Positions 1-12,157 of a stretch of 41,272 bases of DNA are shown one piece after another. The stretch covers positions 496,001 through 537,272 of the forward strand of contig CT868196.1 in NCBI GenBank assembly GCA_000165425.1. Direction: 5' to 3'. This stretch comes from Paramecium tetraurelia. Taxonomy: Eukaryota. The notes below the pieces were generated by a model, which was not told the origin of the DNA, searched no databases, and worked only from the letters and a program-made list of their open reading frames with translations. Position 1 is the first letter of the stretch, and each line of letters opens with the position of its first letter. The translations under genes were made by a program, and so were the position numbers.

Positions 1-504
1 TTTAAGCCTTATCAATTTGGATTTGGTGAATATCAATTGCCAAGGAAACTTAAGACATCCAAATATGTTGATATCATTAACGAATTTGTTAGGGTCAGGA
101 AGATCTTATTGTCTACATTCTACTCTATGTTGTTGACTAATTCAATTGATTTCCACTTTATTTCTTAAAAACTGAAACATCTTGAGTAAAAGGAGGATTA
201 ATTCAATTGCTTGTGGACCAAATACCATAAAAAATAGATGATTAAGTCAGATTTCATTAAAAATTATGATGAATAGTATCACAATGTTACAGTTATTATT
301 GACACCTTGTTGGAATGGCAGAGAAGTAATGTGACATTTGAACAAAATGCAAATAAATTGCTTGAAAGAAATAGAAAATTGCTAGCCTTGAAATGGATGA
401 ATAATAAAGCAGGTTTAACACTTCAAAAGATTCAAAAGAGGAAGAAGGGTTTGAAGAGATAGAAATTATAAGAATAGAAGAAATTATTAATGAAATTATT
501 CTGA
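1..504 (+). CDS. 3' end of a hypothetical protein (5'-truncated by the window edge)
   Basis: Frame 1 is free of TGA from base 1 to TGA 502-504 under code 6 (FKPYQFGFGEYQLPRKLK...KRQKLQEQKKLLMKLF*), followed by an AT-rich spacer. No family recognised. Confidence 0.7.
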
Positions 505-566
505 TTAATAATAATTTATATACCATAATTACATAGAAATAACAAACATATGATAATTAAATTATT

Positions 567-1699
567 TCATTGTCTTCTAGATTGGTCAAATTGAGGATTC
601 TTTCTTTAATTCATTATACTAAAGAACCCTTTGTTCATAGTTTATTTGATATTAATTTCCCTGGCTTTCACTTCATCTAAATATTTGATTTGAGGATCGA
701 AATTGCCAAACTTCCTCAGTTCTGCTCTAACATCCTTTATTTGAGGTTTGGAGAGGTCTGTTGTTAATAAAATATCTGTTACGTTCCAAGAGTAAAAGAA
801 CATCCTTTAAGACTTCATCATTTTGTTTCCCATCAAATGGCTTGATGAAAATACCATTGTCTTGGTATTAATACATCCTCTCTGGATCAGAATCAAGTAC
901 TATAACTCTGTTCAGAGGACGATTGATGTACTTCAAATCTCTTATATATCTTCCTTTCTCAAACACCATTGATTCTCTACCAAAGGCACCTGCAAATATC
1001 TATCTTGTGGGATCCAATTTTTGAGTAATTTGTTATGTAAACTGCATATTAATAATACCATTACCATGGTTTCATCATCACTCAAAATTACAACCTCGTA
1101 CATTTTAGGCAATTTTTCAAGAAACCTCTACAAACCATTTCTTCTTTTGATTTCTCCTCTAATTGCTCAATTTCAATAAATACCCAACACCAAACACATA
1201 GTCCATATGCAATAAAGTACCTGAGATATTAAGTACCAAGGTCTTTGGTATTTCGTATCCAAATGGCAATTCAGGGATGTCAGGCAATAATTTATCAATT
1301 GCTGGCTTAGTCATAAACTAATGATATACTCAACTATTACATCATAAAATGCTTAATATTGATCTTAGCAATATTTGGCAGCGTCATTTATCTACTTTTA
1401 ATAGCCTACTCATAAATCGGTACTTTACCCAATTCTTATGTTGGATCGGTTTTATAATTATTTAGATACAAATTATAGCCAAACAAAGCGGATGTTGTCC
1501 ACCAAAATATCCTTGAAAACAATCTGAAGTATGAAAATGCTTTCTCTTTATTCTCCAATGTTGGATTAGCCTCTTCTGCTTCGATAGTTCTCTCATCCCA
1601 ATCGTCCTACTACTCTCTTTGTTTTTGTTGTTATTAACTAAACTCATATCTGGGAAAACGTAATAGAGTTAATGCTCTAATTGAATATTTGCTTAGCAT
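567..1699 (-). CDS. TIM50: Mitochondrial inner-membrane import translocase subunit Tim50 (FCP1/NIF phosphatase-like domain), 5 short introns
   Basis: ATG 1699, TGA 569-567. Presequence-like N-terminus MLSKYSIRALTLLRFPRYEF, a hydrophobic segment (IFWWTTSALFGYNLYL), then KPAIDKLLPD...PKTLVLNISGTLLH...KRRNGLQRFL...KLDP...YIRDLKYINRPLNRVIVLD...NGIFIKPFDG, typical of Tim50. The DxDxT phosphatase motif is degenerate. Confidence 0.88.
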
Positions 1700-2436
1700 C
1701 CGTAAATAAAATATAAATTTTCAAATAAATATATGTTCAATTTTATCCACTTATTTGATACCCTCATAATGTTTTAGTTACTATAATGTAAACAATCAAC
1801 ATTAAAATCAAATGTTAATTTAATAATTGCCATATCACTCCATTTTTGGGTGACCATTTATATTAACTATAATCTTCGACTTCTCCTTGACGAAACTCTA
1901 TTAAGAATCGCTCTCAAATTCAAGTACATTTACCCACTCGTTTCATTACTGATTTATAGTATACTTAACAAAGAACGAATGGAAGTCATTTTTATTATCC
2001 TACCCTTCTTGAATCTATTAATTTTTCAAGATACAACTCATCGCAATTGATGGAATAACCTTATTAAACTAATAATTTCTTATTGTATTTTTGGGATAAA
2101 CCAGTTTATTACTGGAAGACTTTCACCAAAATTAATTCATTAAACATCTTGATTTTAGTAAGTGCTTATATCCTTTATAAATCCTTCCTCTATTAAAAAA
2201 ATCCAATAAATTCTTAAATTATGTTAATCTTAAACTCTGCCTCCCCATAGTAATACAAAAATCTTTGAATAGAATGTTTACTCCTTCTACTATCAAGTAA
2301 TACCAGTGAAGATCGGGAAGCATACAAAATTACCTTAATTAATTTATTCGAATTTAAAAAACAAAATAAATAGAATAGTAATATATAGTAGAATAAGTGT
2401 GTAAAATAACAATTAAATATTACTAAATTTAAATTC

Positions 2437-5400
2437 TCATTTTTTGATTGGTTTTTTCCCTTGCTTTTTAAGTTCGGCCAATTTTTCTGCCTAAAAATTT
2501 GGGTTGCCTGATGCTTCATCTAACATATCTTCTGCTGCACTTGTGTCTAAACCTTCAATATTTAATTATTAAATCTAATCAACACACTTCTGCAATGTAT
2601 CAACATCAAAGTTTTACAGAGCAGTGTTTATTTTTTCTTGAATTATTGCTATCTTCCAATTATTTATAACCTATCTGGCAGCACTTACCAAAACAGGATC
2701 TAATTAAGAAGGATCAGCTATTAATTTCTCTACATCCTCTGGATTTCCTATTTTTTCTTATTTGCATAACTATTGTTATTAATGCACATCTTACATCGAA
2801 CAATTATTACTCTTTCTTCATTAATTAAGTCAAATCCTATTTGATAGAATCTCGTTATTGATATATCTCTGTAAGTTCTTATTTGTATGATGACCTGTAA
2901 GATTAGAATTCATTAATTAAGATTTCTTTATTATCCCTATAATTGCTATATTTAAATAATACTTTTAAAGAAGTTTAATTTCTTCTCTCATTTTAAGATT
3001 TCTTTGGATAATTCCCGCAATCTCTTCCTTTCCCATCAAAATTCCTTCCACTATTTCTCTTTTCTACACATCGCTTCTTACATTAATCAATCCAGCATGT
3101 CTAGCATAGTGATCCATAATTCTATCTTATTCTAAATGCTATAAGAATTATGTAATGGCTTCATTAACATGATTTTCAGATTTTGGTATTTATCTTTATT
3201 AAGGAGCAGTTTCAACTGGTGCCTCCACTTTTGATTATTTACCCACTTTTTTATCATCCTTTTTTGGTCCCTTTTTTTGGGCTGCTTACTTGGCCTCCTC
3301 TTCCCTTTACTTTTTTGTCATCCTGGGTGCATTTATAATAGCCTATTCCTCAGGAGTTAGTTCTTCCTTTAATGTTATTAAATATTTTGTTCTTGATTTC
3401 TTAGCATTTACAGCTCTTCCTGGCTCTTTATCCTCCCAAGACTTTTTAATTGCTTTTTCTTTGTCTTCCTTTGTTGTATCTCTTACAAGCGCAACAGTGT
3501 CTGATGCAAATATTGTTGTGAACCAATACAAATTATCAGTTTCTTCAGATTTAAATTTAGCCTCTGGCCATTCTCGGAGATCAAAAGATGCTTAGATTAC
3601 ATAATTTTCATCTTTAGGCAAAGTAATATTTGAAAGAGTGACCGAATTGATTCCATAGTTATACACAATCAAATCATCCCCGTGATACAATTCCAAACGA
3701 ATGAGTCTTTCTCCTCTCATTTCAGACTCAACTATTTCTAATTCCTAAGCTCCTCCTTTTGTTTATTTACCTTTAGCCACTTACTATTACTATTAAGCTT
3801 ATTGTCCTTCTGTTAATCTAACATAGATGCTAACTTAGGCCTCATTTGCAAAGATCCTCTCCCTAAAAATAGTACCGTATTTGGTTGGAACATATTTGTC
3901 ATAATAACGAGTAGGTTCTACATTTTCTAGTTATGTGAAGGTGAATTCTTGATTGACTAAGAAATCTAATTCGAAGGTGCCTTCTTAAGTGTTGTATTAA
4001 GGAGTCCCTTCTAGTATAAAGTAGTATGTAGTTTAACTTCGAAGCATCATTCTTTAAGTACCATTAATGATAGATTCACTTTCAAATAAATTCTTATGAA
4101 CTCCTTCTATCGTAGTAAGCATGAGATTACTATCAGGTGGTGGAATTTCGCATAATTTAATTTTGAGAAATTTCAATAATTGATTATCTGTTGTGCTCTT
4201 CAATCGATAAACAAATGATCCATTTTCCTTGTTAGAATTCAAAAACACTTTGAATCTGAAGTACACATAGTATCTATTGGCTTCACATGCTGGATAGTCA
4301 ATTTGAAAAGGATTATTTTTGATAATTTTCATAGTCAATCAAATAATCAAACACACTTTAAGTGCTGATTTTATTATTAGATGTCAACCACATAGTGAAA
4401 TTGAGTGGTGAGTATATATTCATTTTGAATATGTGATTTTTATTATCTAATAATAGCATCTATGAGCTAACACATTAATTCAACAATTTGTAATCCAATA
4501 TCGACTCGTATGTCTCCAAATCAAATCTTTATAACATCGAATAAGGCCTAATTTATTCATTAAAATCTTTATTCTGAGAATATTTGGGTTGAAATCCAAC
4601 AAGAAACGCAACCTATGCATTATCATCAGAATCAGGATCTCTTTGAACAATTACCATTTCTATATTGTCATAACCAGCAATATCATTGTCTGGATTGCTT
4701 TGAATTTGCAAAACTTACATGTTATATCTCTTTGGATCATATGCTATTTGAATGTAATCAAAAAGACTTAGGAATTCTTTTTCATGCACCCAGAATCCAC
4801 CTTCTCCTCTGTTAAATGGTTCTTGAGCATTAGAAACTGAAGAGAAATCCTCTAATGGTTTTACAGAGAAGCTATCATCAGTGTTCTTCATATTGGCTGA
4901 AACCACGGATTTATCATCTCCTTTGATTTCAGGAATATCATAATTAGGAGGTTTGTTCAGCTTATTAGCAATGCATTTTTTAGCAATATATATTTCATCA
5001 GCAGCAAGAGGACTGAAAACAATCACTGGATCTTTACCTGAGACATCACTCTTTAATCTTAAGTATCTATGTTTAACAGGTTATTGACTAATTAATGAGA
5101 TCCTTTTTTTATCATCATCTTGCAATTTTTCTTTAATTTCTTTCTTTCTTCTTCTCAAGTCCAGTTTCTCTTCCTTCGTCATCTTATTCATAGGAGTTTT
5201 GCAGAGATCAAAATATTCTTATCTCAATCTCAATTCTCTATCACTCCTCTTTTATGCATAAACCATATTAAATCCATTCTCATTCTAAAATTACTCTACA
5301 ATTGAATATGAAAAACATGTATTAATATTTGTATCTCCTGGTACTTTAGGAGGTTTAGGTATGGAATATGATCGACTTAAACTTTCGAAAGAGAATCCCC

Positions 5401-6796
5401 TTTGAGTTTTTCTGAACCTTTGAACCTTTTGCTCATTTTCCTCTTACTACATTTCTTCCTATTGTTCATCCTATTCTTCTTATTGCATTTGTTGATGTTA
5501 AGAAGGAGAGCCATTTTTATTTCTGGCTATTTCATAATTATCAAATTCCTTTTTGGGATTCCTCAATAACTCCAATTAATATTCTTTCTTAGATCTATTA
5601 TTCGTATTTTAATTTGATTGGTTTTTATAACTATAAGTTGATACAAACACATCCTTCTAGACATAATGATTATTATTCATCATATTGTCTATGATACCCC
5701 AACTGTTTATAGTCTTCAAATCAATAGTTTCAGTCAATAAACCCATCAAAGAGTACATAACAAATCCATCTCCAACCAAACTGCCCTTGCTTTGATAATC
5801 CCATAATTGTAACACTGCTTTACTGATAATCATCGGCCATAATTAATTCTTATCAACACTTTAGGGTAATAATGCTTTGCCATCAAATGATGTGGGCATG
5901 TGATCAGAAACCTATATTTTTCTCTCTTTTCCCATGAAATACAATTTGACTATATATTTGCCATTTGGATTATAAATTGGTGCTCCATCCTTTTATGGAT
6001 AGATCTTGCTGGAGAGTGACTTTTGAGTAAAACAATCCTTAATATCTCTGTCCTTAATCTGCTATAATTATGAAGCAATCCAACGAGAATTGGGAGGTAA
6101 TGCATCACTGCAAAGTAGATCACTTAATCTGACATCAGATGTCAGCTTAGGATTTTCATCAAACACTTCCTCTGCTTGTTTTTTCGTACCCTTTTTATTT
6201 TTTTATTAAGCTGCCTGTTTTTCTAAGAACTCCTTTCTTCTCATCTCCACTTCTTCAGGTGTCTCCATTCTCTCGTAACTCTCACAAATAGTCAAATGAT
6301 GCTCAGCTTCCTTCTCCATGTAATGTATTTTTTCAACTGTTTCAAGTCTAGTCGAGTAATAATCATCATTCATATTATATCGATTTTCTCTCATGTCCAT
6401 GTAAGGTGGTTCATGTTCAGATTCTCTAACAATAATTATATATTTGTTACTATTGCCATCTTTATCTTAAAAAATTCTTTGGTCTCCTCCAAAATGGAAC
6501 ATATCTGTCAGTTTCAAAATTGCACTTAGTAAGTTAAGCTTCTCCCTATAAAAGATTTATAGCTTAAACGGCTTCATCGCCTGGCCATTCCTCAGGGTCA
6601 GGAAATGGTTGATACTCTTTTACATTTATCAATTTGTTTTACCCTGCATACTTTATTTGTTAATTTGTTCTGGTGCTTTAAGAGTTTTTGGATCTCTTGG
6701 CGGATTCTTGACACTCTATGGTATCACATCCTTTAATGGTGTGCCTACTCTAAATAGTTATCGGCCTTTTTGATCCTTAGTTGTTTTAGGAGGCAT
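2437..6796 (-). CDS. ADGB: Androglobin-like protein (non-catalytic calpain CysPc domain, C-terminal ADGB-type region and coiled coil), with one unresolved +1 frame break near 4298-4338
   Basis: ATG 6796 (MPPKTTKDQK), TGA 2439-2437. IYPQKDGAPIYNPNGKYIVKLYFMGKERKIQVSDHMP...LWPMIISKAVLQL is calpain domain II of the androglobin type. VRDTTKEDKEKAIKKSWEDKEPGRAVNAKKSRTKYL matches the androglobin C-terminal motif. Four 25-26 nt introns. Confidence 0.82.
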
Positions 6797-7312
6797 ATAA
6801 AATAATTAAATTAATAATAATATTAAGTTTCAATACATATTAGCTAATTGTCAATATCTCATTGTTTAATAGACTGGTATTCCCTGATTAAGTGAGTTTG
6901 TAGTTAATTTTTTGAAATTGAATCATTTAAAATGTTACTTTTATAGCTTTATTTGATAATGATTATGGCTCACATATTGAAATGATGTAATTTGCTTTGA
7001 TTGCACTCATCATATTAAGGAAATTAAATCAAGGATCTAATTCTAAATCCACTATTGTATTACATATCTTCTAAAATTTTCAAACTCTAAACTCTCTTAA
7101 TTTTCTCGAAGTAATTCAAAGTGAGCTTCAATCTACAATTCCTCCGAATGGAATTCTTACTTTGAATTTAAATTCCTCCTTTCTTGCTTTCCACAATGGT
7201 AAAAGGGGTCTCTTTAATATAAATTGTGATTAAAAGCAATCAAAATATTAAAAACAACCCCGAAAAAAAGAAGTGTATTGTAATTAGATATTTTAATATT
7301 TAAATCTTTGAA

Positions 7313-8614
7313 ATGAATAAAAAGAATACTAAGCGTAAATAACACAACAAAATAGAGAAGGATGATGATTATAGTGGCATCTTTGAAGAAATCTAAACCG
7401 ATTTGCCGATTATTAAAAAAAAGTCAAAAGAACAACAACAAACAAATCAAATTCACTTTGAGTCCATTCGCAACCAAGAATAGGCTAATCTCATTCGATG
7501 CCCAATAGAATCCATCAATATTGAATAGGTTGATTTTTCCCACTAATAATTTAGATTCTATAGGACATTTTGTATGAGTCTTCCAAAGAATCCCAATACT
7601 CTAAAACTCTTAAGCAGATCCTTCTTTTGGGGCAGCGAGAATTGAAAGACAAACAAAAATATTACTAATTTAAATGGCAATCATTAGGACACTCAAACAT
7701 TAGTCGTTAGGAGTATCAAAGATAAGAGTAAATGCTAAAAGAACAACAATCTAAGGACATTGCTGAAATTCAAAATAATGTTATTGCTGAATTAGGAAGA
7801 AAGCGGGTGAAAGGATTTTAGTAAAGGGAAGATATCTTGGATGAATTTCGAATCAATTTTATGAAGAAAAGACATCTCACACCCGATGGACCTGTGATGG
7901 AAGAGTTCCAATTTTATGTTGATCCCGAAGAGGCTAATCGATTGAAGAAAGATCAAATATAATTGTTGGAAAAATTGATGGAAGAGTCTCATCTAATTCC
8001 TGAAAATCACCCTCTTGAATTGAAGAGATACTTTAGTTAGCCAGAAAATATTGGACATCAACAAAGATATCTACAAAGGACTTAAAGCAGTTATATATAA
8101 AAGTATTACCTTATTAATTATTGTAGTACTAATGAATAACATTAGAATGATGTTTAAAAGATTACAAATATTTCCAAAATTGCAGATTGACAAAATCATT
8201 AAGGATAAAATGGAGAATATGACACCCAAGAAAATTGAAGTAAATGTTTCTTAAATAACCCAAGCTTGAAGGAACTGCTCAAACTTGATGAGTAAGATAT
8301 TCAAGTCATTCCCAGAAATGTTAGAGTTATGCTTTTGGATTCCAAATCTGATGAGTTATACACTGACAAGGATTTCTAATTAGACTAAGCTGAAAGATAC
8401 ATAGAAGTGTTCAACCAATTGAAGGTATTATTAAGTTGTGTTACATTTATAGAACCAAAATTTTTATGAATTGGATTTAGAAAAGATGTTGGAACTTACA
8501 ATTTATATTGTGAATAATACTCATTATCAATAAAAGTTTAAGTTATCTGAAGATAGAAAATAAGTCACGCCCAGAGAATTGCTGAATTATATTGAAAAAT
8601 TATATAGATAATGA
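7313..8614 (+). CDS. Hypothetical protein whose main frame is interrupted by two TGA codons (possible retained IES, unusual splicing or pseudogene)
   Basis: ATG 7313, introns near 7529-7554 and 8425-8452, final TGA 8612-8614. Frame 1 runs from 7555 to 8424 except for TGAs at 8188-8190 and 8236-8238. Confidence 0.6.
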
Positions 8615-8672
8615 AAATGAATTATTTATTTTTACCAAATATAACTCAAATTCGCATTCAGCTATTAACATT

Positions 8673-8744
8673 TCCGGTATAGTCTAGTGGTTAGGATATC
8701 AGGTTTTCACCCTGGGGACCCGGGTTCAATCCCCGGTATCGGAA
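8673..8744 (+). tRNA. tRNA-Glu, anticodon TTC
   Basis: 72-nt cloverleaf: acceptor TCCGGTA/TATCGGA, D-arm with TAGTGG, anticodon arm TCAGG-TTTTCAC-CCTGG, T-arm CCGGG-TTCAATC-CCCGG. An oligo-T Pol III terminator starts at 8748. Confidence 0.96.
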
Positions 8745-8790
8745 AAATTTTTTATTTTTTTTTCGTATTAACAATTGCTTAAATCAAATT

Positions 8791-10118
8791 ATGAAATAAA
8801 ATTAAATGATTCCAACAAGTATTGTAGTATGCGGAGGTGGAAATGGTTCTCATGCCACTGTGGCATCAGCAGGCCGTTTTGAAAACATTTAAGTGAATGT
8901 CTTTACCAGAAAGCCTCAAGATTGGAAACAAGAAATAGTGGGTTTGACAAAAGGAAGTCCATGGGAATCACTTGGAAATTTTGTTGGTATGACCTTATAT
9001 TTTGAATTATCAAGGAAAAATTAATAAGGTTTCCAATAACCCCTAAGATTTCGCAGGGGCAAAATTATGGATCATAGGAGGACCAGCTCATGTTCATCAT
9101 GAAATATTGTAGAAGATTGCTCCATTTGTGACCAAGGATTCGTTTGTGGTAATTACAATTACAATATAATCAAGGGTACATTGTATGCGTAAGGTGGATT
9201 TGAATGGATGTGCAGGAGTGTTTTTGGAGATAGAATCAGAACCGATAACATCACTTACTTTGGTCTTTACAATATACCTTGGCTATGCAAAATATTCAAA
9301 TATGGAGAATCTGTAAGAATAATTGGACCAAAAACCAAGCTTTAATGTGCACTCTCAAATCTAAACAGGAAGGAAGAACTCTTTTTATTATTAGAGAAAA
9401 TGTTTTAAATCCCTGTCCTTTAAGCACCCAATTTTTTGACTTTAACCTTAACTCCTAGCAATCAAATCATTCATCCTGCTAGAGTCTATGCTGTATTTCG
9501 AGTATGATGATTATGTATATTTTTAGAATTGGGATGGTAAATAAGTTTATCAACCTAGTGAAGTGCCCACATTTTACGAGGATTTTGATGATTTTAGTGC
9601 CTACATGCTCCAAATTTTGGATGATGAAATCTAAGCTATCAAAAGAGAGATTCTCAAAAGATACCCTCATTTTAATTTAGATCTAATCATACCAATTAAG
9701 GAAAGAATTATTTAATAATACGGTGATCAAGTTAAAGACAAATCTAATTTGAAAACTGTATTCAGAACTAATGCTGGATATGCTACTATTTAAATACCTA
9801 CCAAACCTGTTTAGGGAGGAGTGTAATTAAACACTGAAGCCAGAATCTTTTGGGAAGACATTCCTTATGGATTATGCATTCTTAAAGTAATATGCTTGTA
9901 AATTCTAGGATCTTTCAGAAATGCTTGGTCTTTAAACTCCTGGAACCGATAAAATGATTGAGTGGCATCAAAAGTTTATGAATAAGGAATATATTCAAAA
10001 TTCAAGATTAAATAGAAACCTATTAAAAGAAACAGGAGCTCCTTCTAAATATGGATTGGATACATTAGAAAAAGTATTAGGTCTTTAAGAGGTTTCCTCA
10101 TAAAATCCAAAATTGTGA
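8791..10118 (+). CDS. NAD(P)-dependent opine (octopine/tauropine/nopaline) dehydrogenase family protein, 4 introns
   Basis: In-frame ATGs at 8791 and 8806. Rossmann motif IVVCGGGNGSHA, GGPAHVH, GTLYAQGGFEW, IPWLCKI, SNQIIHPARVY, FYEDFDD, ARIFWEDIPYGLCILK, DKMIEWHQK. Ends QNPKL-TGA (10116-10118). Confidence 0.9.
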
Positions 10119-10633
10119 AGTTTATAAGTAGTCTAATAATAAACATAAATATTAATAATTATATTTATATTTATTACAATATATTGATATTACTCTGCCA
10201 AATATAATTTAAGAGAAGGAAGGTAGAAGGGATATTATCTTTACAGTTTTATATTAAGATAACAACAGATCTTACACTTAACTCGCCGTTTCGAGCAGTT
10301 TATCAGAGTATCATATGATTAAAGAGCAGTTTAAACAAATTTTGAAGTATCTATAGTATATGCTCTTCGTTAGACTGTCTGACATAACATAAAATTTAAT
10401 ATAAAAATAATAATATTAGTCTAAATAAAATAACAGCAACAACAACCTATAATAACAATAATCAATACTACCAAATACTAAAACTTATCAAATATGATAT
10501 TTAAAGAAAGTTCTTAGCAATTGTGTTTTATGAATTAAGAACTTAGTTGAGGATAAGTTCATCCAAATTTGTCAGTATTGATAATTAAAATTATAAAATT
10601 AATTTCGAAAGAGTAATAATATATTTATCTTGA

Positions 10634-11945
10634 ATGAAAGGTTTGCAGAATTAATTAGGAAAATCTACAGAAACAGGATTTTTAGATAACAAAATAAAGA
10701 TCTAACATAAATCGTTTCAAGAAGGACATTTAGAGATTTTAGAGAATCTCACATCTTCTATAGTCGGAAAATCAATCATAGTTGAAGCATAAAGAATAGT
10801 TAAAGTCTTGGATCAATTAATTTAAGACATAGAAAATTGTCTCTATTTAGATACTGAGTTTATTACTCGTTTTTCAATTAGTAAGTTTTAAAAGGATGAA
10901 AAGTTGTAACTCACTGAAGAAACTATTAAAATATTACAAAGATAAGCAGAGCTTGAACAAAGATTTAAGCAATATGCAAATTTACAGACAGCAATAGGTT
11001 AAGGAGAGGAGATAGAAGAATCAAAAAAAGTGGAATCCGATCAGTTGGAATAAGTACTGTATGAAAATTTCAAGATTTTGTTGAGAAGGATATAACATAA
11101 TCCAAAGGAGCTCGAAATATTAAAAAGTATGAAGAAGAATGTGAATAACGAACTAAATGACTATTTGCATGGGGTAAAGTGCTTAAGGACCATAATGCTC
11201 AAAAAATTGAGTATTACATAAGCAGAAAAGAGCATTTAAATTTAACAGCTTGAAAAAATTAAGTCAAATGTATATTTCATATTTAATTTTAGATAGAGGA
11301 ATAAGAAAAGAAAAAACTATATTTAGAATAAGATTTATATAAATTAAAACAGTAAAACTCAAGAAATATTGAAGAGATGGAAGAATAGACTGAGAAATTA
11401 AAATAAGGCTTATGTAATTTGAAAATTGAAAAACAATAAAACACTAATAGCATAAAGAATTAGATAAAATCTCAATTTTAGTACCTTGAAAAGAATTAAC
11501 AAACAAAAATAAATGAATTATAGACTTAACTCTAGGTTTTGAAATCAAAATTCAATAAATTAAAAGATGAAAATACTTAAGAGGAAATCAAATTAAAGAG
11601 AATTAAGTAAATTCAAGAATAAGGTTTAACTGATGGAGTATAAAACTATGATTTGATGATGGAGGAATCATCATAAAAATTACAAGAATTACAATAAGAA
11701 TGTTCAAAAATAGAGTAATAATTAAGAGATCGAAAATCATATTTTGTAATAGTAGATGCACAAAAAAGATAGGAGTAAGAATTAGAAGAAAAGTTTTAAA
11801 AGTTAAAAGATTCTCATTAAATTGAAAAAGAGAAGAAAATGGAAGCAGCAAAACATATTCAGGGTTTTTTTAAATCCTATTAATGTATAATCTAAATATA
11901 ATGTTAGCCTCAATTAAAAAGCCAAATAAACCAAAGCAGCAATGA
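10634..11945 (+). CDS. DRC10: Dynein regulatory complex subunit 10 / IQCD-like coiled-coil protein
   Basis: N-terminal VEAQRIVKVLDQLI, a long heptad-rich coiled coil and a C-terminal IQ-like motif AAKHIQGFFKSY followed by a Lys-rich tail. Two 23-nt introns, TGA 11943-11945. Confidence 0.72.
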
Positions 11946-12157
11946 TTTAACAATAATATTTATTGACCAAAAATTCTAAAATTTATTGAATTAGTTTTTT
12001 ATAAAATTTTCAAATATTGAATTGTAAAATAAATGTTATGTTATAATTAAAAATGATAAAATTGATATCTATAAATAATTAAGGAGAAACATAAGAATAA
12101 AGTCTAAAATGTATTTAAAATAAAAGTTCTTAAATATAAATTAAAAATTTTGTTAAA

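Noticed and set aside
1205..1245. Loss of the DxDxT phosphatase motif in TIM50 as a novelty
   Set aside because: Degeneration of this motif is common in Tim50 proteins.
6982..7311. 110-codon + strand ORF between the androglobin-like gene and gene 7313
   Set aside because: No motif or intron, its stop abuts the next ATG, and such lengths occur by chance with a single stop codon.
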